Assembly (NCBI GenBank): GCA_030679255.1
Contig: JAUXTO010000019.1
Location: forward strand, 1,699-65,698
DNA from: Candidatus Gottesmanbacteria bacterium
GTDB taxonomy: Bacteria; Patescibacteriota; Microgenomatia; UBA10105; UBA927
Direction of reading: 5' to 3'
DNA length: 64,000 bases
Part shown: positions 58,043 to 64,000 of the stretch, piece after piece
Position numbering within the stretch: the first letter of the stretch is position 1
Layout of the letters: every line of letters begins with the position of its first letter
Made by a program: the position numbers and the translations under genes
Notes under the pieces: model-generated
The model's database searches: none
Told to the model about the DNA's origin: nothing
The model's input: the letters and a program-made list of their open reading frames with translations, nothing else

Positions 58043-60592
58043 ATGAAACATCTTGAAAAACTAATTGGTATCGGCATGCTTCTCTTCGCCATCGGGTTTA
58101 ACCTCTGGCTCTATCGGATGGAACCCCGGGCTTCCATCGATCCCAATGACAATGCATTCCAGTATGCTCTGGTTGACCGGACAAACCAAATATGGGATTT
58201 TGCATCTAAAAAGTGTTCATCCAAATTTGGTACTTGGAATTTGGCGCTTGGTGCTTTCTGCCAAGTATCATACTTGGCAGATCATTGGGTTCCCAACTGG
58301 GCAGAGGGATATAATCTCCCCTTCTACTATTCCCACGTGCCGCAAATACTCATCGTGGGTACGTATCGTTTCTTCCATTCGTTTATTCAATTATTTAATT
58401 ATTCCTTTATTTCATTATTCACTTATTATCACTGGGTGATCTACCTCCTACTCTCTCTCTTCCCTCTTACCGTCTTCCTCGCGTTACGGATTATTAAACT
58501 ACCTTGGGTGATAGTAGGCGTCGGCGCACTCCTGGCAAGCCATATCTCGACGGACGGACTCTATGGACTCGATCCCCCATCATTCTTATGGAGGGGATTT
58601 GGATTATCGAGCCAGCTTTTTGGCATGATATTTCTGCCGATGGCGATTGCATATAGCTACCGCTATTTCGCTCAAAGCACCAAATTTTGGCCTGCGGTCT
58701 TTTTCCTCACGGCCACTGCCATGGGGCACTTGGGTCTGGGCATCATGGCGATGCTCTCCCTTGTCCCACTTACTTTGGCCCGCCCGCTTCTGATGATCCT
58801 TGAGTCCCATCGGCCATCAGATATCTACCAAGTAACCAAAACCCAACTCACGAAGCTCATCCTTCTCTCGGCCACCGTCATATTCTTTCTCAGTTACTGG
58901 GTCGTCCCCATATTCCTTGCAGACAACTACCACAACATCTCCTTCTGGGATCCGCCGTGGAAATTTGCGTCCTACGGCGCCAAAGAGATCATGACGCGAC
59001 TCTTCAACGGTGATCTCTTTGACTGGGGAAGAGGTCCTTGGATGACAGTACTTGTGATTGTGGGACTGATTGGAGCGGCATGTCCGAGAGCTCAAGTATA
59101 TAGGGAGAAGTATTTAGGAACTAGGGAAAACCTGCAAACAGATGCCAATATACTAAATACTTATCCCTATCTACCTTTCTCCCTTCTCTTCCTCTTCTGG
59201 CTCCTCATGTATTTTGGACGCGCGACATGGGGGCCGCTTATCGATCTCATCCCGGGCATGAAGGAGTTTCATCTGTCCCGCTTTATCGTAGGGCTCCATG
59301 TGGCGGGACTGTTTTTGATGCCTATAGGTATATGGTGGCTATGGGATATGATGTCTCGGATAATCATGCGTCTGAGCCGTTTACCGGTTCGCTTCATGGG
59401 ACTTATGGGTCTTATGGGACTTATGGGACTTATGGGACCTCCGATCTATAAGCAAACCATCGAGTACGCACGACACAATGACCGGCTGATAAAGCAGTCA
59501 ATAGAAAACCATGCAAAGGTAAAAGATGATGAGGCAGCGCTTTTTGCCGCGATTCGAAATTTACCATCAGGAAGAGTCTATGCAGGGCGGGGTGGCGGAT
59601 TTGGCAAAGACTTCCGCGTCTCGGAAACCCCGTACTATATGGATCTGTCGACCTATGGCATCCCAAGCGTCCTGTGGCTCCCGGAAACGTGGTCGCCCAA
59701 CTCGGATGTGGAGCAGTATTTTAATGAAGATAGGGCGCGTGATTACGACCTGTTTGGCATCCGCTATGTGGCCGCTCCGCCTAAACAGGAGCCAAAGAAA
59801 TTTTGGAGGCTTATTGCGGAAAAACCAACATGGAAATTATATGAGGTTGAGCTATCTGTCACTGCGGGCTTGAAAAAAGATGGATCCCGGCTCCCCGTAT
59901 CGGGGTACGGGGCAGGCTTGGGCCGGGATGACAATAAATCCGTTGGATATTTTATGACCGGCGTGCGGCCGGCAATTGTGGCTACCGATAAACGCTCGTA
60001 CGGCAATGTGGTGCGGTTTTGGATCCAATCGGGTGCCCATGAGCAGGGCTTGTATCCTGAACTGACGTTTGCCAAGGGCTATCCGAAGGCGACCGGTCTG
60101 CCCAACTTTAAAATGCTTGACGAAGTGACGTATGTCATACCAAACGGGTCCAAACATAATCTATTCAAAGAGCCGCCGGTCTATATGCCTCCAGGTATAC
60201 AATCTCTCGAACAATTCAACAAATTAACCCTACAACAATACAACACCGCAACCATTGAGAAAGAAGATTCGGAAGGAGACATGATCTTCCGAGCCACCGT
60301 AACCGTGGGCAATAATTGTACCGAGTGTATCGTGGTTCTCAAGCAATCGTTCCATCCAAACTGGCGCGCGACGATTGACGGCAAACCTGCCTCAACCTTC
60401 ACCGTCTTCCCTTTCTATCTCGCCGTCTCCGCGCCATCTGGAACCCATGAGGTCGTTTTTTCGTACGAACCGAGCCGTCTAAAAATCGGACTGCTGACTC
60501 TTGAGGTGATTGCCCTCCTGTACCTCGTAGGGAGATTTATGGTTATTCGTTTCGCCAACCGCCCTCTTGGGCTATCTGACGAAGAGTTGTAA
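58043..60592 (+). CDS. Large polytopic membrane protein (YfhO/PTPS-related membrane domain)
   Basis: 'W.PNWAEGY.L..YY', many TMs, C-terminal 'FHPNWRATIDG'. Confidence 0.82.
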   Translation: MKHLEKLIGIGMLLFAIGFNLWLYRMEPRASIDPNDNAFQYALVDRTNQIWDFASKKCSSKFGTWNLALGAFCQVSYLADHWVPNWAEGYNLPFYYSHVPQILIVGTYRFFHSFIQLFNYSFISLFTYYHWVIYLLLSLFPLTVFLALRIIKLPWVIVGVGALLASHISTDGLYGLDPPSFLWRGFGLSSQLFGMIFLPMAIAYSYRYFAQSTKFWPAVFFLTATAMGHLGLGIMAMLSLVPLTLARPLLMILESHRPSDIYQVTKTQLTKLILLSATVIFFLSYWVVPIFLADNYHNISFWDPPWKFASYGAKEIMTRLFNGDLFDWGRGPWMTVLVIVGLIGAACPRAQVYREKYLGTRENLQTDANILNTYPYLPFSLLFLFWLLMYFGRATWGPLIDLIPGMKEFHLSRFIVGLHVAGLFLMPIGIWWLWDMMSRIIMRLSRLPVRFMGLMGLMGLMGLMGPPIYKQTIEYARHNDRLIKQSIENHAKVKDDEAALFAAIRNLPSGRVYAGRGGGFGKDFRVSETPYYMDLSTYGIPSVLWLPETWSPNSDVEQYFNEDRARDYDLFGIRYVAAPPKQEPKKFWRLIAEKPTWKLYEVELSVTAGLKKDGSRLPVSGYGAGLGRDDNKSVGYFMTGVRPAIVATDKRSYGNVVRFWIQSGAHEQGLYPELTFAKGYPKATGLPNFKMLDEVTYVIPNGSKHNLFKEPPVYMPPGIQSLEQFNKLTLQQYNTATIEKEDSEGDMIFRATVTVGNNCTECIVVLKQSFHPNWRATIDGKPASTFTVFPFYLAVSAPSGTHEVVFSYEPSRLKIGLLTLEVIALLYLVGRFMVIRFANRPLGLSDEEL

Positions 60593-60939
60593 CCGTCTCT
60601 TCTACCGAACGATATTGTTGGCCGGGCTTAACCGATAATTGCCTTATTACGACAGTGCCATCTTCAGCGAACTGCGCCACTGCGTCTGGTCCGAATGTAG
60701 CACAACTATACATAAACTGACTCACGTCTGGTTCGATTGATAGTCCATCCAATCCTACATGTATGTGTCTCCCTAAGATCCCAACACGCACATTTCGTGG
60801 TAATTGCTTTGGATCGGTAACGCCGTGCTCGAGCATCGCGATGGATAAATCAGTATCCCACGGTTCTCGTAATCCAAGCGCTTCGGCTGCCCCCCCCCAC
60901 AACACCTGCTAAATTTCGTTTAAAATCTTCGTATACCAT
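60543..60939 (-). pseudogene. Hypothetical gene frameshifted at a G9 tract
   Basis: GAAGGAG-n4-ATG at 60939 is out of frame with ORF 60543-60905. G8 instead of G9 (60890-60898) restores MVYEDFKRNLAGVVGGAAEALG... Confidence 0.6.
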
Positions 60940-61057
60940 AAGACTCCTTCATCACGTTTAAACCAATAATAGACCGAATTCTAGCCGCTCATACCAAAAA
61001 ACGCAACCACCGGTAACTTCCCCTATCACTTCAATACTTGCCAATTCAATGCCAAAT

Positions 61058-61083
61058 GAAAGTTGATAATTGACCAAGCACGT
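61058..61083. repeat. 26-bp direct repeat, copy 1 (upstream of the PaaX-like gene)
   Basis: gaaagttgataattgaccaagcacgt, identical to 61985-62010. Confidence 0.88.
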
Positions 61084-61163
61084 ACATGAGCAATATACTA
61101 AATTCATCGAAGATCGATAATTGACAGAATGTTAGGGGTATAGTTAGTGGTAAACAGAGAGGT

Positions 61164-61961
61164 ATGAAAAACGCGACTGCACGACGACGCATCGGATCAA
61201 TGATCCTCTCAGCTACCGATGGACTTATTGGCACAGCGACGAACTTCGTCTTGCTTCAGCTATACGTGATGGCCTCTATCGGCGGCGTAAAAACCATGGG
61301 TGATGCTAACCGTATGGCAGAGGATGTCCATGACATGCTCGATACTTTCAACTACAAAACGATCAAGCAGACGATTTATCAATTGACCAAACAAGGACTT
61401 ATTGAACGGCCGAAAAAGTATGACCGGACGACGATCGCGATTACAAAACTAGGGAAACAACGGATCAAAGAGCTCATCCCTACTTACAAAACGGATCGGC
61501 CGTGGGACTCGCACGTCTACCTCGTATCCTACGATATCCCAACGCATCACAATAGAAGCCGCGACATCCTCCGCGAATATATCCACCGGACCGGAGGCGC
61601 GCTTCTTCAAGAAAGTCTCTGGATCAATCCCTATAACCCATCACTTCTCCTCCGAACTTTCATGGATGACCATGAGATACCCGGTACCGTACTCATATCG
61701 AAGTTAGGCAGTGACGGAACCATAGGCGACGAAACCCTTCCGGACCTTATCATCCGCGTCTATCATCTGGACAAACTTACCGAGCGATACGAGGAATTTT
61801 TGGAAACATACCGAAAGCAACCGTCCATCTCAAAAACGAAATGTTCCATCGACTATCTGGCTATCCTCAAAGACGATCCTCAACTCCCGTTTCCGCTGCT
61901 TCCAAAGGATTTCCCCGCTGAAAAGGCGTGGGAACGCTACCGGAAACTCATGAAATCCTGA
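61164..61961 (+). CDS. PaaX-family transcriptional regulator (wHTH plus Cas2-like ferredoxin fold plus PaaX C-terminus)
   Basis: 'ITKLG', 'WD....VSYDIP...R..LR', 'LQESLWI', 'DPQLPFPLLP.DF'. Confidence 0.85.
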   Translation: MKNATARRRIGSMILSATDGLIGTATNFVLLQLYVMASIGGVKTMGDANRMAEDVHDMLDTFNYKTIKQTIYQLTKQGLIERPKKYDRTTIAITKLGKQRIKELIPTYKTDRPWDSHVYLVSYDIPTHHNRSRDILREYIHRTGGALLQESLWINPYNPSLLLRTFMDDHEIPGTVLISKLGSDGTIGDETLPDLIIRVYHLDKLTERYEEFLETYRKQPSISKTKCSIDYLAILKDDPQLPFPLLPKDFPAEKAWERYRKLMKS

Positions 61962-61984
61962 CTTAACACGATTCATACTCTATC

Positions 61985-62032
61985 GAAAGTTGATAATTGA
62001 CCAAGCACGTGCGTACTAAATTATCAACTTTC
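61985..62032. repeat. Direct repeat copy 2, forming a 14-bp-arm inverted repeat
   Basis: gaaagttgataatt...aattatcaactttc. Confidence 0.85.
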
Positions 62033-62215
62033 ATCAGGGAAGGAGTGAGAAAGCATTGAGAAACGCGAGTAGGTAAATCCAGAAACCTCTCGGAATTGAA
62101 TAGACATGGAGTACGAAACCACTAAGGCGTGCCAACTTGCGTTGATAGTGAAAGTTCTGGACGCTGTTACCGGATATCCCAATACCCTAAAATTGCGCGA
62201 AAAAAAGAAGTGGCG

Positions 62216-62965
62216 TCACCGTAATTCAAAAATGACCGTTACGGATTTGGAGATCGTGCCGGTGCCGGGTTCGAGGCCACCTCCGCCTCCCCCACCTCCA
62301 CCGCCGCCTTCCATACGAAGGAGCGTGATGGGGCCGGTGGCCGATACGCCTTCGGTCACTGAAAGAATAGCGCCTAGCTTGCGGCCTGCGGCTCTCGCGA
62401 CATTGGCGGCCTTGGTTTTGGCGTTCTCAACGGCATCCGTAAATAATGCGTCGGAGGCGGTGCTATCTTCATCCAGGGCAAAATTCGGGCCGTAGACGTT
62501 GTTGGCTCCGGATTTAGCGAGGAGGTCAGCAAGAGCTTGAGCGCGGTCAACATCATGCAGTTTAATCTCTACGGAGTTACTCACACTCCACTGGCCCGGG
62601 CGCTGCTTTTGACGGTTATCCTCGTAATAGGATTCCTGATTTTGGTAGATGTTAAGGTTTTGGGTCTTCACATCAGCGGATTTGATACCGAAAGATTTGA
62701 CGGACTCGATAATCGCGTTCACTTTGCTGTTAACTTCCGTTACTGCCTTTTCTTTATCATCATTGATTGCGTTCACGCCTGCGCTAAACGAGGCAATTTC
62801 GCTTTTGAGCTTGCTTTTGGCCTCCCCCACGACCGTCACCGTTCTCGCGGGCTTGAGGCTCAATGCTCCCCAGTCAATCCCCGACCACGGGAGGAAGAAG
62901 GAAAGACCGAGTAACAGGAGTCCGGAAAGAAGAAAACCAAGAAAAGCAAAAAGAAAAGGTTTCAC
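62216..62965 (-). CDS. SIMPL (DUF541) domain protein
   Basis: 'TVTVVGE', 'DVKTQNLNIY', 'GANNVYG..F', 'A..KA..VA...G.KLG.I.SV.E'. Confidence 0.88.
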   Translation of the reverse strand: MKPFLFAFLGFLLSGLLLLGLSFFLPWSGIDWGALSLKPARTVTVVGEAKSKLKSEIASFSAGVNAINDDKEKAVTEVNSKVNAIIESVKSFGIKSADVKTQNLNIYQNQESYYEDNRQKQRPGQWSVSNSVEIKLHDVDRAQALADLLAKSGANNVYGPNFALDEDSTASDALFTDAVENAKTKAANVARAAGRKLGAILSVTEGVSATGPITLLRMEGGGGGGGGGGGLEPGTGTISKSVTVIFELR

Positions 62966-63168
62966 CAGGTAGTAGAACTTCGATACTGTTCTTTTTCAAG
63001 AACAGCACCTCTGTTTTTATCGATAACGATTATAAACGCAGTCCAGGTGTGATTAGTCCTGCCTTCAATCGAAGTTTCACTACCTGGTCATGCTTTCTTT
63101 CAGAATATCACTGCGGACGAGTACAATGCAAGGACAAAGGGGAGGACTTCCAGAGAATGGGAAAAAAG

Positions 63169-63199
63169 TAGCTTCGCAAGGCATTGCCTTGTGAAGCTA
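63169..63199. repeat. 12-5-12 palindrome variant (intergenic)
   Basis: tagcttcgcaaggcattgccttgtgaagcta. Confidence 0.85.
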
Positions 63200-63208
63200 G
63201 ATTCCTCC

Positions 63209-63796
63209 CTAGGTTCCCTGCGTAATACGGCGGATGATACCTACTACTTTCTCTCCCCCAAACCCCGCGCCTTTGCCCAGAAGCTCGAGGAGAAACCGTG
63301 CGGGACGCAATACGGTGGCGCCCAGAGCCGTCGCTCCAAAAAAAGAACCACCTTTGATATTATGCCGTGCCGGAAGTCTAACAACTGATGAATCGTTCGT
63401 CATAAGCACCTTTGACGCCAGCAAATTACCTTCTGTATTCATCGGTTTATTTCCAACAGCTTTGAAAAAAGATACGCTTAGATACGTGGCGGTTGCGGTA
63501 AGGAGGACGTCGATCGCGCTTGCGGACATGCCGGCAGCCTGGGCGAATCCGTGGAACCGGCGGGCAAGCTCGGCGCTTTGTTTCTCATCTAGATTTGGAC
63601 TGGCTTCTTTGGTAATACGCGCAATTGCCTCATCCCAGGAAGCCACCACGCTATCGGAACGGTACTGATCAACCACGCGCTTGCCGGCCGCTTTGACCGC
63701 GGTTGTCAGCCGGTCAACCACCGAAGGCGTCTTGTCAATTTCCGGTATTGGTGTTTCCATCATGATTACTGTATCAAGATGCGTCACCGGGCGCAA
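63209..63796 (-). CDS. Hypothetical protein
   Basis: 195-aa helical ORF with plausible composition; start uncertain. Confidence 0.55.
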   Translation of the reverse strand: MRPVTHLDTVIMMETPIPEIDKTPSVVDRLTTAVKAAGKRVVDQYRSDSVVASWDEAIARITKEASPNLDEKQSAELARRFHGFAQAAGMSASAIDVLLTATATYLSVSFFKAVGNKPMNTEGNLLASKVLMTNDSSVVRLPARHNIKGGSFFGATALGATVLRPARFLLELLGKGAGFGGEKVVGIIRRITQGT

Positions 63797-63871
63797 TACT
63801 CTTTCCCATCAAATACCTGATCACGGAAATAGGCATAACGTGTAGGAGAAAGGGCTTTGAGAAAACATCCG

Positions 63872-63936
63872 TTGATAATCAACCCACGACCTTACGGTCG
63901 GGGTTTTATGATTATGCAACTCCGAAACGGAGTTGC
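63872..63936 (+). other. IS200/IS605-end-like bulged hairpin followed by a GAAA-tetraloop hairpin
   Basis: TTGAT-aatcaacccacgacc-ttac-ggtcggggtt; gcaactcc-gaaa-cggagttgc. Confidence 0.45.
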
Positions 63937-64000
63937 CCTGCATCTTTTTTTCCTTGTTCTTCGATATATCTCATGATGACCTGATCATTGATGCCTACGG

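Noticed and set aside
61164-61961. CRISPR Cas2
   Set aside because: The Cas2-like YDIP segment is the central domain of a PaaX-type protein with wHTH and DP.LP C-terminus; no cas1 or array.
62106-62495. Pro-rich + strand ORF
   Set aside because: Antisense shadow of the poly-Gly stretch in the SIMPL gene.
1-64000. Alternative genetic code (TGA=Gly), tRNA/rRNA genes, diversity-generating retroelement
   Set aside because: Genes end normally at TGA and long ORFs are intact in code 11; no cloverleaf or rRNA signatures seen by eye; no reverse transcriptase or TR/VR pair.

Overview
Bacterial DNA of about 50% GC in the standard genetic code. Gene content and style (tandem GspG/PilA-like prepilins, giant Gly-rich surface proteins, AAA_14+DUF4143, PaaX-like repressor, many small TA modules, apparently leaderless genes) resemble Patescibacteria/CPR, probably Microgenomates (inference). 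1-13 kb: surface protein and pilin genes plus a run of small self-promoted genes separated by a 13-bp hairpin repeat. 13-60.6 kb: a very large envelope glycosylation island (about 15 polytopic GT-C/ArnT/YfhO-like membrane proteins, GT2s, SDR epimerases, DegT aminotransferase, TPP-dependent E1 alpha/beta pair, HldE-like enzymes). The most striking signal is a REP-associated tyrosine (HUH/Y1, RAYT-like) transposase at 35951-36667. It is flanked by, and itself encodes, a 29-bp 12-5-12 palindrome. Twelve copies or variants of this palindrome occur in the window, ten inside coding sequences without breaking the frame, mostly in loops of the membrane glycosyltransferases. Several other palindrome families and 7-9-mer tandem repeats occupy the same loops. 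Also seen: three candidate slipped-strand switches (heptamer, CT-repeat promoter, poly-G), a TGT...ACA MITE with 15-bp direct repeats, IS605-like end hairpins, a direct-repeat-bracketed PaaX-like gene and a pair of Cys-rich paralogues. No rRNA, tRNA or CRISPR array was recognised. All calls are by eye; no searches were run.
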